Below the pieces are notes generated by a model that had not been told where the DNA came from, ran no database searches, and saw only the letters and a program-made list of their open reading frames with translations. DNA of 64,000 bases from the human T2T-CHM13v2.0 reference genome, Homo sapiens: NCBI RefSeq assembly GCF_009914755.1, contig NC_060942.1. One strand, 5' to 3'. Shown in pieces: positions 1-15,805 of this stretch. The translations under genes were made by a program, and so were the position numbers. Position 1 is the first letter of the stretch. The number at the start of each line of letters is the position of its first letter.

Positions 1-972
1 GGCAGAGGTTATGTTTAAAATGTGAGCCTGTTTAAGGGAGCAACCTAAGTAAATGAAGGCAAAAGCATTACATAGATATGGCCCAAACCAGGCTGGTAGG
101 AGAAATGTGCCCGAGGCTTGACTCCATGGGTTAGGAGCCAAAGGGGATGGATGTACCCCAGGCTAGCCTGGAAAGGGATTAATTCATGGGCTGCAGGGCC
201 CCAGAAGGCAGGAGCCAGGTGGGGTAGTAATAAAACTGTCTGTGCAGCCCAGTGGATGTTGGCCATGCCTCCTCCCCAAACCCACTGTGGATTGGTGACA
301 GAGGGATGGCATTTCCAGTCTTCTTCTTGCTCACCCTCAAGGACTCTGTGCAGTATGCAGGCCAGGATTCTCTCAGGCTGTGGGTTTCCACATGTGCTTC
401 TGCATGGAAAGTCCCCTGGCTGCTGCAGGATGTCCTTTGCAGAGCCCCATCCTGTCCTCCTTATCGCAGCTGCAGGCAGCCTGAGCCACATTCCTCCTGC
501 CTGAGTCACTGTTCCAGGCCACAGGCCGCCTTGCCTCCAGCTTGGCCTATGGACCAGGCCACTGTCCATTCCATCATTTGCCAGACACTGTGGAGTGTCC
601 CTGCCCTTAAGGTCTTACCCTGGTGACCATGCAAGGCAACAACTGTGGAGCTGGGGGACTGCCAGGGTTCCATGGAGGAAGGCAGAGGGCAGAGGAGGGG
701 ACGGGGGAGCCTCCTGGAGGAGGCGACTGCTGAGTTAAGTGCTGGGGAAAAGGGAGTGTTCCAGGTAAAAGGGGATAGGGGATGAGATTGCCACATTGTG
801 GGAAATGAAATGTTGTGTTGAATGAAACTCATTTAAGGAGACGCTAAGCCAGAAATGTTAATGGGATTAAAAAGGACTCTTCTATACCTAGGATGGAGTT
901 CTGAGGATGGTGATGCTAGGATACAAAGTCTTGATCCCTTTGTTAGGCTCTTCTCTTCAAAAAGTGGTGGGG

Positions 973-1293
<321 letters not shown>

Positions 1294-1698
1294 TTAGGTG
1301 GTTGGGGATCCCAGGGAAGGAAAGCGAGGGCACATCCTCCTAGACACCTCTCCTCTTCCCAGTAGCTTCAAGACAAGCTTGGACTATGTTCCTGTGCTGC
1401 TTGGGCTGATGGCCCAAAATTGCTGAGCCTCAGCTTCCCCCAGGGTTAAACTGGAAGCAATAGTGCCTGCCACAGAGGATACTGAGGAAGTCCTGAGGGA
1501 ACAGTGCAGGGCCCAGTGCAAATGGCCAGTAAGTGGTGTTTGTGACTAATGACAAAATGGGATCAGGCCTCTCCCTAAGGAGGGACCTGCACAGCAAGAG
1601 GCTCAGGGCAGCTAGGGTAGGGGAAGACGCCAACATTGCCTGTCCTAGGGCTCTCCCTCTGGTCTTCCCTGTCCCTGCTTACTCTGAGTAAAAAGACA

Positions 1699-2077
1699 GT
1701 CCAGGCATAGTGGCTCATGGCTGTAAGCCTAGCATTTTGAGAGGTCAAGGCAGGAGGATTGCTTGAGGCCAGGGTTCCAGGTTGCAGTGAGCTATGTTTG
1801 CGTCACTGCATTCCAGCCTGGACAACAAAGCAAGACCCTGTCCCTACAAAACAATAATAATAACTTTAAAATTAGCCAAGTGTATCTATCTATACCTCCT
1901 TGGGAGGCTGAGACAGGAGGAACCCTTGAGTCTAGGAGTTCCAGGTTGCAGTGAGTTATGATTGCACCACTGCAGTCCAGCCTAGGTGAGAGAGCAAGAC
2001 TCTGTCTACAAAAAAAAAAAAAAAAAAAGAAAAAACAAAAAAGAAGAAAGAAAACAAAGAAAAAGACAAAACACAAA
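1699..2077 (+). mobile_element. Atypical AluJ-like dimer (both arms carry the right-arm insert)
   Basis: Two monomers, each with GTTCCAGGTTGCAGTGAG...CACTGCA.TCCAGCC; long A tail. Confidence 0.8.
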
Positions 2078-2403
2078 CTAGAATTTCTGGAATAATGTGG
2101 GTCACAGAATCTTTAGAAATGGGGGATACCTCACCACCCATTGCTCCCAGCCCTCTCTACCCACTCACAATTTCAAGACAATTTCAGTTCCTTCCCATTC
2201 AATGACTCATAAGAAAACAAAACAATAGTTTAAATAAATACTACATCTGGCAAAGCCATTCAGCATTTTAGCCTTATTGTTGGTTTCCACTCAAATATTT
2301 ATGAAGCATATAAGATGTGCAATGCTCACTGCTAGGTGTGGTAATGCCAGTGAAGGGTAGTTTAAATTAAATGTGTACACTCACCCTTCTGCTTTAAACA
2401 AAG

Positions 2404-2808
2404 TGTCTTGGCCAGGCTTCTTCAGGAAAACAGAGCCAATAGGCTGTGTGTATATATAGAGAGAGAGGTTTACTTTAAAGAATTGGCTCATAAGATTGTC
2501 GGGGCTGGCAAGTCTGAAAACTGCAGGGCAGATGGGCAGGCTGGAGACCCAGGGAAGATGTGAGTCTGAGGAGGGCCTAGAGGCTTCTTTCCTCTCTTTG
2601 GGGACCTCAGTTTTTTTTCCTCGAAGGCCTTCAGCTAGCTGGATAAAGCTCACACATATTATGAAGGGTACTCTGCTTTACTCCAAGTCTATTGGTTTAA
2701 ATGTTAATCTTATCTAAAAAGTACCCTCACAGAAAAATCCAGACAACATATGACAAAGTATCAGAGTACTGTGGCCTAGCCCAGTTCACACATGAAATTA
2801 ACCATCAC
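2404..2808 (-). mobile_element. MLT2-type (ERVL) solo LTR
   Basis: Ends resemble MLT2 (TGTGATGGTTAATTT... on the minus strand; ...AACAGAGCCAATAGG); similar to the 59.4-60.0 kb LTR. Confidence 0.7.
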
Positions 2809-3974
2809 AGAACGTGACATGGGGTGATGTGCTTCTCATGAGTGTCCCAGGCAGTGTTCCTCTGCTTCTCCTTGCCCTCCGCAGGTAGCTCCAAGCCAAC
2901 CTTCTCCTGCCAGAGGACACAGGGGCTGAGAAGGAGTGCTGGGCGTGGATGCAGGGGCCTGGCTCACAGCCTTCCCTTGCCTCTAGTTTCTCTCTTGAAC
3001 CTCAGGTTCCTTAGGTGTAGAGCGAGCCCGCCGCTACACTTGCCTCAATATTGTTGTGGGCATTAGATGGAAACAACGTGTGTGGGGTGCACGGTGTGCC
3101 GTCAAGTGCAGTGGCTGTGCTATCAGGAGGGCTAGAGGCTCTGACACAGAGCAGGGCAGAGCGACCCTGGATCCTGATGGGTGGCGGTGGGCTTGCCTTA
3201 TGGACGGAGGCAGCAGAGGACAGATGGTCCAACCTCAAGGAATTTTCCTGAGTTCACAGGAAAGTGTTAGCAATCCTCCCAGCCCAGGGCTCCTAAATTG
3301 AGTCTCTCTCACTCTTTGTAAATTATATTGTACTCTTTCCAAAAATTCTAAGACATTCAAGTTCTCCTTCTTCATCCTCCCACCCCAAATCCACTCCTTT
3401 TTCCAAAGGAGACAATCATTAACTCCTTAACATAAATCATTTCACATCCTCTCTTACTGATTTTTTTAAACTACAAAAAGGTGGTTGTCTATATTTGTGA
3501 TTTTATTGTTGTTCACTTACCAACGTATTGTATGTATTTTTCAATGTCTAAATCTGACTTCTTGTATAGTAGTAGGCTTTTTTAACTTTCTACTCACTTA
3601 AAATAGAGAAGAAAGATAAAGAAGAAAAATAAACAAAAGACTTCTACAAATAAAATATAAACCTCGTTGTAGGCCAATGAAATCAGTTTTCTGGGAAAGC
3701 ATCCACATTGCTCAGTCCCTTTTTCTCTGAGAAGGGCCCTGGCCCAGGTGATGCTACCAGGAGGCCTTGCCTGTGCTCTCCAAGAACTTACGTGCACCCA
3801 GAAGTCCCCACTTATAGGTTCCATTCCTAGAGTGTCCTCCTTTGTGTTTCTCTTTGGCTCCTGTAGCCATGTTTGCCTCTGAGGCAGAGCCAAATGCTGT
3901 GGGCTCTGTGCCACTCCATAAGCAAACAAATGGCAGCACTGAATTTCAAAGAAAATTCCTTAGGTTACTGTTTT

Positions 3975-4383
<409 letters not shown>

Positions 4384-5544
4384 AGGTTACTGTTTTTCTA
4401 CAAAACCTTCCAAACAGCCAAGCAAGGAGTTCGGGGGGAGTTGTACAAATGCGTACTTTGAGGAAGCTCATTTTTGAGGTCTAATGTTGTCTGTAATAAT
4501 TTTCCGTTGCGAAGAGCAGAAATTCTCTTCTTTATCTCTAGTGAGCAATTTCCTTTCCAGATGTTATTAGGGGAGATATCAGTCACCAAGGCCTTGGCTG
4601 GCTCCCTGATAAAAGCCCTTGCAGTATTCCACACTGCAGAACCCCAGGCTATGCCCTCCTGGATTCATACTAGAAAGATCCAAGGCTCCAAGCCACCAGG
4701 GCTGATGGATGTGACTCATCTTCCTGACCCCAGGGGAGGCGAGTGGTGTGTTTGGTGCACACTGTGCACCTGTCAGTAGTCAGCATCCTGTAGGCCAGGA
4801 AAACACTGACTCTTCTCAGGAAAGGCTTTGACGGCAGTTGGAACAGAAGTACAAGTAGACAGAGGCCACTGAGTTATGGAAGAAAACCAGGCTGGATCCA
4901 GTTCTGTGGATCCAGGAAGAAGGATCCCTCCTTTTCCTGCTCAAGCTGGTCATCAAAACAAGTAAACAACTAGCCCCCCTTTTTTGTTTTTTTAGGGTTT
5001 TAAGGTTTGCTATTACATAGGAAACATGGTAGTATACATGGTGAATACCAAAGAAGGCATAAAACATTAGTGATTTTTAAGAGGTCCAGTGGGTGGTTTC
5101 TACTGGCTCTTTCTGTCCCTCATTATTCTAGAGGAGTTCCTCCATTAAAGTCCTCTGCTATTCACCCCACAAATCCCTCAACCCCTCTCTCTCCCCCGGC
5201 CTCAATCACAGATCATTGCTTCTTTAGCTAGTTATTTACTCCTTCCCTTGTCTCATAAAAAAGTTGAGCAAGCTTATTAGAATAAGAGAATAAAGGACGA
5301 AAAGAAATGGTCAAAATAAGCAATGAAGAAGGCAAGGAAAATAGTTGATAGAGCCAGCAATAAGATGAGCACATGGAAACATCTATCATATGATGTTATT
5401 CAGTTACTACAAGCGGGCATGAGCCAAGAGTCCTAGGAGCCAAGGAAATGAGAAATATAACCAAGCAGAACATACAAGTCAGGAAAACTCTGCCTTTCTA
5501 ATGCACAGACCAGAGGGGATGTGGGTGATCCCAGTCCCGAGTTA

Positions 5545-5745
5545 AGTGTTTCTCTGACATTTTCTTATTTGATCCTGACAATCTCGTGGGGTGGACATTA
5601 TTATAACACTCATTTTACAGATAAGGAAACTAAGAATTCAAGAGTAAGTTCGTAATGTGCCCAAGACTACAGTTAGTGAGATGCAGAAATGAGATTCAAA
5701 CCCAGGCTATCAGGCTCCATGTCTGGGTCCTGAATGAAAAAGCTC
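5545..5745. mobile_element. MIR
   Basis: MIR core CATTTTACAGATAAGGAAACT...GAGATTCAAACCCAGG. Confidence 0.7.
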
Positions 5746-7741
5746 ACCCTACAGGACTGGGGTGGGGGAGTGGGGTTCTGTGGGACATTTCTGAGACAAA
5801 TGTAATAGGCATTTTTGTAGGTCCATATCTCCTGACCTCTTTCAATCCAATTCCTTAATATGGGCACAAAAGCATAAACCCTGTTGAAATTCAGCAAAAG
5901 CAATTCCTTGAAGCCAAACAATTTGTGCAGGTGCATAGTTCTTTGATAACCTAATTTCCTTCTCTATTTACATAAATGAATACTGCAGATTCTATCAGGA
6001 ATTATAACAACAGGTATTTATTCAAGCCATAGTCAGTCATTCAATGCATCCGCAGCCCTCTCTATTAAGATTTATACCCCACTAGAACCTCAAAGCTGAA
6101 GTCTTTGGTCTTCTCACTCTCAGGCTTCCTAACCTCTACAGAGAAAATACTCTTAAATACACAGCCCTCCGGGACAACTGAACACACAATGAAGACCTCT
6201 ATTAAGAACATTTACAGGACAACTTTACCTGTCCATGGTTCTTCTCTTCTATATTCTTTGTTAGATGTTTTAGGAATTGGGTACTTCCTCTATTCAAGAC
6301 CGCATACCATTTAGGCAGCATTTCTCAAACTTTCAGCATCTGTAAGCCAGTGCAAGCTAATGCAAAGCACTAACTTTGGGTAAGATTTCATCACAATTTT
6401 TAGTAATAAAAATATCTCATTCTTTTTGAAAGCTTTTTTATTATGAAGAAATGCAAACATATACCAAAGGCAGAATAGTATAAAGAACCCCCATGGACTT
6501 ATCACTCAGCTTCAACTATAACTGACTCATGGCCAATCTTATTTCAACACGATTCTCATCCACTTCCTCTCTCTCATATCATTCTGAAGCAAATCCCAGA
6601 TGTCATATCATTCCATCCATAAATATTTCAGTAGGTGTCTCTAAAAATATGAATTATTTTAACATTACAATAGCATAATCACAACTATTTGTGAGAATTC
6701 CAAAATATTATCAAATATCAAAATATATCAGATTCCCAAATGTCTCAAAATTTTAAAGTTTTTTTTGTTGTTGTTTGAATGAGGATCCAAATAAGGCCCA
6801 CACATTCCCATCAGATAGAATATTATTTTAAATGACACTATTGTTTCATGCATTTGTAAGAGGGCATAATTTGTAATCTCTCCCCAGGATATCTGTCCTA
6901 TTTGATAATGGGGTCAAGTTCCATAGTCCATTGATTTCTTTCGTTACCCTTTATTTTTACTAAGTTAAACTCTCCCAATTTACAGTCACTGGAAAGAGTA
7001 ACAAATATCTGGTATCTTTTTCCAATGACTATGGATTCAGAAATTAAGAGATTTCTTACTGCAAACATGTTTAGCCCTCCACCAGGTGCCAAATCAATCA
7101 TGAAACACATTTAAAATTTGGACAGATCCATGCTTTAACTTGGGAGATGGGGGAAAATGGGTCCCCCTCACCTACAGGGACTGCCTTCTGGCTCTGAAGA
7201 GCATATTTTCAACGTTACAGGTCGTTTTAAACCATGCCTAATACCAGATTAAGAAAGAGTCAAACTCCAGTCAGAGCAGACTGGACCTGAGTTTGGTCTT
7301 AAGAGGATTTCTCAAGTCCAGCTAATTGTTTTTCTCTTAAAGTGTCTGAGTTTTTCTTTTGGATCCTGCAGACCAATACCAGAACTGACCTCTTATCAGA
7401 GGCAAATGACCAGTAGATATGCCGTGATGAACAAAGTCATTCAAAGTTGTCAGGAGGACACTGAAAGTGTCAGGCAGGGTATGAGGTGATCCTGAAGCAG
7501 GATTGGAGCCAAGTAGAAGAGGAAGAGGGTGATGTAGGAATGAAGAGGGAGGAATCTGCAATGGCATTCATAGTTGACTCCAGTGTGGGATGCCATGTAA
7601 AAAGGAACTCTAAATTCACACATACATGCACACACATCCCAAAGAAACCCCTTGCAATTTGCTCATGGCCTGGGATGGAAAGAGCCAGCTGATCTGAGAA
7701 TAAGAAAATGTACCTTACATGAAATATTCTCTTCATAGTTA

Positions 7742-8905
7742 CAGCAAATGTTCTCAACGCTGGCTGCACATTAGAAGCATCTTGGGAGTTCAAAATACTA
7801 TGTCCGGGCCCCTGCACAGGCCAGTGGAATCAGAATCTCTGGGTATTTTTAAACCTCCCTCACCATCCCCCTCCTGGACACCCCCCACCCACACAGGTGA
7901 TTCTAACGTGCAGCCCGGCCTGAGAACCACCGGGGTACAGCATGAACAGCAAGGGCTATTTCAGTACAGGATCAGTTAATGAGCAAGGGCTCATTATTCA
8001 AAATACTCACAACTTGAAGCTTGGTTTGGCTCAGCCTGGACTTCTGGAGCTTGGGGTGAGAAGCAACCTAATCTTCAGAATTCACAGCTCTCCCGCGAAA
8101 ACAATGTCAGCAGGGAGAGCCTGGCAGGGGAATGGGAAAGGAGGTGTGAGGTGTCCTGCACACGAGCTTCCCTTCTGCCCGGGGAGAACACTGGTTCTCT
8201 CACTCCTGTGTGCATGATGATCACACGGGGATATCTGTCAAATGCAGCTTCCTGGGCCCCACTCCCTGGGTCGGTCAGAAGGTCTAGGATGTGGCCCAAG
8301 AACCTGCATTTTAGCGGGTCTCCAGGTGACCCTCTGAGGGTTTATGGAACAAACACACATCCATAAACCGAGAGGCCTCCAGGAGCAGCAGTCTGTGGGT
8401 CCTTCCTGATGAACACGTGTGGAGCAGGGCTTCCCTCTTCAATCCTGGGCCCTGCCCCTGGAGGGTCTGAGCAGTAGGTCTGAGGTGTTGCCTAGCATCA
8501 GCATTAGAAGTGATTTCAGGGCACTGCCCAATTGGGGACCTTCATGGAAAAGAAGTGGACCTGCCCCAAGTTTTCTCTGTACAATAGAAGGTGGAAGCGA
8601 AGCAGGAAGGACCCTTGGCTCATTCCCTCCTTGCTTCTACCAAAACGGAAGCTGGCGTTTTTCCTAGGCTGACATCTGGCAGGAAGTACAAGCGGAAACC
8701 AAACAGCAGCCTCTGGTCTTTCAGAGACCATTGATTTCATCAGCAAAATGGGTCTCAAAGCTTCATCAAAGTGGGTCTCAAAGCATCATCAAAGCAAACA
8801 TGCAAATTCTTGGGCCCCACCCCAGACCATCTACTGATCAGGTACTTCAGGGAGACAGGCTCCCTAATCTGTGTCACAGGAGGCTCCCAGGTGACTCTGA
8901 TGCTT
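7742..8905. mobile_element. Cluster of MER5-like (hAT-Charlie) DNA transposon remnants at ~7742-7932, ~8225-8360 and ~8785-8905
   Basis: Repeated MER5 motifs: GTTCTCAA..., GAATCAGAATCTCTGGG, CAGGTGA(T/C)TCT(A/G)A, TGAGAACCAC. Confidence 0.6.
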
Positions 8906-9694
8906 GCTCGGTGATTGTGGGCTTAGGAAAGGCCCCCACCTCTTCTGGCCATCCTTTCAGGTCCCTTGTCATGGAGGCAGGGGGAGGCCCCACAGCACCT
9001 CTCCCGCTCTCGGTTTGTTATTGGGAAGGTGCTGAAGGATGCTGGGGCTGCCAACCTGGAGGAAAAGGAGCCTGGTTCCAGGCAGCTGCCACTTGCACAG
9101 GCTGCTCTCCCAGCTGACTTGCTTTGTTTTATTTTCTCTAAGCCTGAAGAAGGGCTTTCCCCAGAGAGAAAGGACACCTGGTGCCTAATTCCCCAAAGCA
9201 GAGGCAGCTGTGGTCCAGAAGCCCCAGGGCCTGTTTCCACTGTCCTCCCTGGGGAAATGCGGGTATAGGGCCCAGAGAGGCCCAGGACTTATCTCGACAC
9301 TCTCCTTTCCCCGGCCAAGAAAATGCTTCCTCTTCTTGGAGGATGGAGATGCAAACACTCCCTTTCTGGAGCAGGCTGCAGCCAGAGGGGTGGCATCCTG
9401 TACCAAGACAAAAGCCCTTTTGGGACAGAGTGTCAATGCTGGTACTCCACACCTCCAAAGATGAGGGGAGGCCGATCTGAGGCAGAGGCACACGTGAGAA
9501 CCAGCCCAGTGGGACAGAACAAACTACTTGCCTCTTTCTTCTCTGGACCCAATTTTGGAATTCTTCTAAGCATTCTGATCAGAGACAAAGACTAACATGC
9601 TCTAAAAGGGGGGTCACCAGGATTAGAAGTAATCCAGACCTGTTGTGGATTCACTGCAGAGTCTTTAAATGTGTTATACGGGGTTCACCACTTT

Positions 9695-9742
9695 AAAACA
9701 AAAATTCAGGGACTTGGGATAAATGAAAAGTATGGTTTTATT
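9695..9742 (-). terminator. INO80C: INO80C polyadenylation signal and downstream U-rich element
   Basis: AATAAA at 9742-9737, about 255 nt after the stop. TTTTTGTTTT lies ~35 nt further downstream. A second ATTAAA is at 9796-9791. Confidence 0.75.
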
Positions 9743-9997
9743 GTATCTTCTTGTCAAACACCTTTACTTGAGGCAACAACTGAAGTATAATTTAATTCAG
9801 CAGGAAATATCACACTTGGAGGGAAAACACACACTAAAAAAAAAAAAAACCCTTAAATTAAAGCCAAACATTCTTTCCAAGGCACAGCACTGGCATTTTC
9901 AGATTGACAGCAGAACGAGTTTGTTTCCGTGAAACAAAATCATGAGTCCAGAGTCTGTTTTTGAAACAGCTTTCCATTTCATCTCCCTTTCTGGGGC

Positions 9998-10129
9998 TCA
10001 GGGAACGATGCTCGTGGCCTTCCTCAGGGCCAGGTAGCCGGTGACGACGTCAGAGGGCAGCCTCCGAATGTAGGAAAACTCTTCAATGGTGCTGAACCGC
10101 AGTTTGCTCTGGGGGTCTGTGTAGTTGGC
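9998..10129 (-). CDS. INO80C: INO80C terminal coding exon 5
   Basis: ttttcacccAG|GCC; translates ANYTDPQSKLRFSTIEEFSYIRRLPSDVVTGYLALRKATSIVP-TGA. Sum 52+37+37+23+43 = 192 aa. Confidence 0.97.
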   Translation of the reverse strand, partial: ANYTDPQSKLRFSTIEEFSYIRRLPSDVVTGYLALRKATSIVP

Positions 10130-12993
10130 CTGGGTGAAAAGAGGCACAGGGAAGGGCAGAAAGTTTTTGCTGGTAGGGATATTTTAAGTTCAAGTTTAAA
10201 AATTTTTTCTATTTCACTGAAAGTGATATATATTTTCATTATGTCTTACTCTGCCACCAAGAACACTAAATCACTCACTGTGGCACAGGCTCATTAACCT
10301 TCCCAGACTCTAGAAACACTTCAGGGTATGGACGAGAGGAAGGGGAATGACCACATCAGACTCTGGGACTCTTCTTGTTGGTGCCTCAAGGGCTGCAACA
10401 GGTCCAAGACTGAATTCATGATGGTCATCCCTCCCTGCCTTCAGACTCCTGCCTCTTTCCAACAAATGTCCCAGGTCTGTGCTCCTCAAGGCAGGAGCCG
10501 ACGCCCAGCATGCTGGGCATGTGCCCCTCCCTGCTGTGCTCCACTTACCTCCAGCATGCTCCTTTCCAGCTCTTCCAACACCCCCTGCGCCACTTCCATG
10601 CCTCCCTGAGCAACTCTGTAGTGCATCACCAGCCATTCACACCCACCCTTCCCCTAGAACTGCGGCCAGGATCTTCTTTGCAACGTGCAATTCTGATCAT
10701 GTCATTCCTCGGCATAAAATCTCTCAAAATGGCTCCTCTGCTCTTGGGACAAAGGCCCAAGTCCTCAGTGCAGCTCCTCAGCTATGGGCCTTCCTTTGTC
10801 CTCAGCCTCCTCCTCAGCCACATGTCCCCACTCTCTGATTCCAACTGTCCCCGGCCTCTAAGTTCCTCCCTCTTACCATGCCCCATCTGTCCTTTCCTTG
10901 GCAGGGGACCCCAACTGCAGCCCATTTTGCTCAGTAATCACCAGTTCATTCTTCAGGACTCGGCCCCAAAGCTACACCTCTGGGGAAGCCTATTTGTACC
11001 CCCACAGGAGGTCAGAACCTCACCCTCCACTTTCACAGCAGCAAAAATATTCCAGTGGAATGCACATCTCTGTTGCTTTAAAGTTTATTATCTACATGAC
11101 TCTTTGATGATGGTCTAGGCTATGAGGGTCCATGAGACAGGAACCACAGTTTGCTTATCATTGTAGACTGGCTCCTAGTGCAACGCAGAGTACACAGAGG
11201 GCCTCCAGTCAGGGTTTGTATAACAAAATGAATGACTAATGAATGAATAAACAAACAGACAATTGGGACCATCACAGAAAAGAGAACTTGTTTCCCAGAC
11301 ATATCAAAATTCTCTCTTGGTCTCTGTTCCCCATGTGCCAAGCGGAGAAAATAATTCACTAACTATATACCTCAAAGCACATGGGCTTCTACGGATTTTG
11401 AAACAAAAGACATGAGGGTGAGTCATTTTGAGCTCCTTTAAAAAAATTATAAAAGATGCCATTAAAGTCTAGACAGATAACATCCAATTATTCAAGTGTA
11501 GATGTCTACTTTAATGTGGATCATCTTTGTGTGGACCTAGACTCACAGTAATCCTGTGATTTAGGAAGGGAGGGAACACTCAATAAAAAAGCAACAAGCT
11601 GTCGGGAACTTATTTATAGGCTTCTCATGCCCTAAAAAGTCTTCCATTTTGCCACTGGGAACCCCCCCTAAGTATTTAACTGCTGTGTGTTAGGAAATGG
11701 GATTATTCCTAAAAGGCTAAGATTAACTAATGGCTCTATATAAAATAAAACTTCGATCCCTTGGCTTGATCTAGATGTTACCTTTCTGTACTACATTTCC
11801 TTTAATGACAGTAATATAAGGAAAGGCTTAATTAGAAAAACAGTGACAAGTCTCTTCTGAGGGATCCTGGCAGTGAGGGAAGTTAGGTTAACTAGCAGGA
11901 GAGGCTGCCCTGCAGTTCCGAGCAGAGTGTAGGCATGTGTGTCTGGCGTGGACCATCTGGCCTCCATAGACGAACCAGCCTCGGCTGAGCTCCATGTCTG
12001 TGGCTGCCTCACTCCTACCAGCAAACTGTGCTGAGCCGGCCCGCCCAAGTTCAGACCTCACTGCCAAGAGGGCTGCTGAATAAACAGTGCAGAATACAGA
12101 GATCCTGTGGCACCAACAAAAAGGTTACCAACAAAAACCTGAACAGACTGCACTGGACCCAGGGGCCAACATCTAGGATTCTGAATAGAAGGAAGGATGC
12201 CAAGTGACACCCAGGAGTTGAACAAGTAAAGAGCTTCACACCTACAGTCCACCCTCCTCTGGATGCCATCCTTTGAGCCTGAGTGAAATAAGCAAACGCC
12301 AACTTCCCACAGGGAAGCCAGCAAACAGCTTCAGGCCCCCCTTGCTGTAGGGTGACAGGCAGTATTCACGGCTTGCCCGTCTCACCCAGAATACACTTTT
12401 CATAGCTCTGTAACGAGTGCTGAACACAGGTATGACCCTGCATGTCTTGCTGCCATGCCTAGGCACAGGGGAAAGAGTCACATGGCTGGCTAGGAACAGG
12501 TGTGTGTCAATGTAAATGTGAACTAGGCTTTACTTTTTAATTATGTAACTTTAAATTATATAAGCAACAGACGAACACGTTCTCCTCTAAAAAGAATTAA
12601 AAGAAAACATTACAGATAAGACTAAAGTCCTCATTTATCACCATCTACCATCCAAAAGTCCTCTGTCTTCCCCAGGAGAAACCACTGCTAAGTGGGCACC
12701 TTTCCAGACTTTTTATGTCTACCCCTATACACATATGTAAACACACAAGAGAAATAACCCAATTTGTGTGTGTGTGTTGATTTTTATATATGTGGCACCA
12801 TGCTGTTTATATTGCTTTGCATCTTTCAATCAACATTACATCCTGGAAATTTAGCCATGTTGTTACTATGCATTGAGCTCAAGAACAGTATGAAAATATC
12901 CACTGTGATAGACCTTGATGTTGCTTCCAGCATTTTGCGAATGCGGTCTCTCATAAGCATTTCTGCATGAAGTTCTTTGTGCACACTATTTCT

Positions 12994-13992
<999 letters not shown>

Positions 13993-15548
13993 CTAGGGAG
14001 CTGCCTATAAGGCATATTGCAAGGTCAGAGGTTTTTCTTTTTTTCAATCTCAACAGACTGCTCCAATTGTCCTCCAAAGAAGCAGTACCAGTGTATGTTC
14101 CCACCTCAAAACAACAATGTATGAAGATACCCATTTCTGTTTGTTGGTGCCAAAATGTATAATCAAATGTCTTAATTTCTTCCCTGTTTGATGAGTCTTT
14201 CTCCTAATTACTAGTGAAGCTGAATATCTACTTATTGGTCATCTATATTTCTTCTCTGGCAATTGCCTATTTATATCCTTTTTGCTGATTCTTCTGTGGG
14301 ATTGTCCTTTAATGAACTAGGAGAGTTATCTGTCTATTCAGAACTTCTTATTTCCTACATACAGTGGGGCAAGAGGTTTTAGGTAATGTGTAATGTGACA
14401 AGTCCATTGCCAATGTCATAAAGGGGCCTGGAATAATGATTCTCCCTCCTCCTAATGTGTGAAAACCATTGTACTAGCAGATGAGCTGCCTGAAACAATA
14501 AGGATAAAGCTGACATTCTGAGGAACCACCCTCCAAGTCTGGCCATAAACTGTGGCCTCCAGAAACTCAAAATGACACAGGGAGAGATTTCCACTTTGGG
14601 TCATAACAGAATAACTGGTGCCAGATGAGCTCTCTTGCCATAAACGACTATTACAACAGGCCAAATACATGAAGTAGCCATTTTCAGGCAACAGACAAGA
14701 GGTAGCACAAGACTGCAATGCCTGAGAAAAGAGAAGCTCACAAGGTAAGTTCCAGGATCATCCAAACTCTCTCTGCCTGTGACAATTTCCTGACCATGGG
14801 GCAGAGGTGGAGCTCACGCAGAGCTCAGATTCAGGGGCTACTGAAACACCTGTTATTGGCAAAGCTGAGTAACAGAAGAGGGAGCTGCCCTGGAAGGGAG
14901 GCAAAAGTCAGTTTGGGATTCCACGTGAGTCCATAACCATGGGCTGGGCTATGCATGTTCAAGGCAAGACTATATACGTCTTACTGGAGAGTGGTTAAGA
15001 GGGAAAGAGAAAATCCAGAGGTTGAGCAGTGCTAGGAGTTGCTGAAGTGCCAGCCCAGCCAGAATAGAGAGATCTCTATAACACTCCTGGCACCTAGCTC
15101 AGGCAACAGAAAGGCCACAGCTTGGGAAAAAAAATCATGCCCTTGAGTACCATCTATTCTAGTCTCACCACAACAAAGCCTAACACCAAACTTCAGTAAG
15201 ACTGGCAGAGGATAAAGCACTTAGAAGTTAAGTGCAACTAAGTTAAAGGAGCTTGGGAAACATCATGGGCTTTCTGCAGACCTGTCCTAACAAAGGTGAT
15301 CAGTCAGTAACTGAGCTACCACAGGAAAAAAATACTCTTCAAGGAAAGATAACAGAATCTAGAGTTTTTACAATATATCATCCATAATGTCCAGTACACA
15401 ATCAAAAACTTGTAGATGCAAAGAAACAGGAAAATGTGACGCACAGTTAAGAAAAAAGGCAGTCAATAGAAACTGGCCAAGATGAACCAAATGTTGGACA
15501 CAGCAGATAAATACTTTAAAGCAGCTATTATGTGTTCAAGGACTTAAA

Positions 15549-15589
15549 ATATACATATATATATATATGTATATATATGTGTATATGTG

Positions 15590-15644
<55 letters not shown>
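15549..15644. repeat. (TA)n/(TG)n microsatellite
   Basis: Direct reading; >20 TA units at 15600-15644. Confidence 0.95.
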
Positions 15645-15646
<2 letters not shown>

Positions 15647-15805
15647 TTAATAACTAAGTAGTCTTAAAAGACAAGGAAATCACCAGAACCAGACCCGAAT
15701 ATGATGTAGGTTTTGAAACTACCAGACAGGAAATTCAAAATAACTATAATTAATATCTTGAAGGAGTTAAAGGAGAGACAACATGCAAGATAGAAAGTTA
15801 TTTCA

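Noticed and set aside
45-626. Overlapping 124-174-aa ORFs on both strands
   Set aside because: No recognisable domain or splice structure; expected by chance in GC-rich non-coding DNA.
10310-11118. 202-aa plus-strand ORF and neighbours in intron 4
   Set aside because: Pyrimidine-rich, L2-like degenerate sequence with a non-ATG start call and low-complexity L/S/P content.
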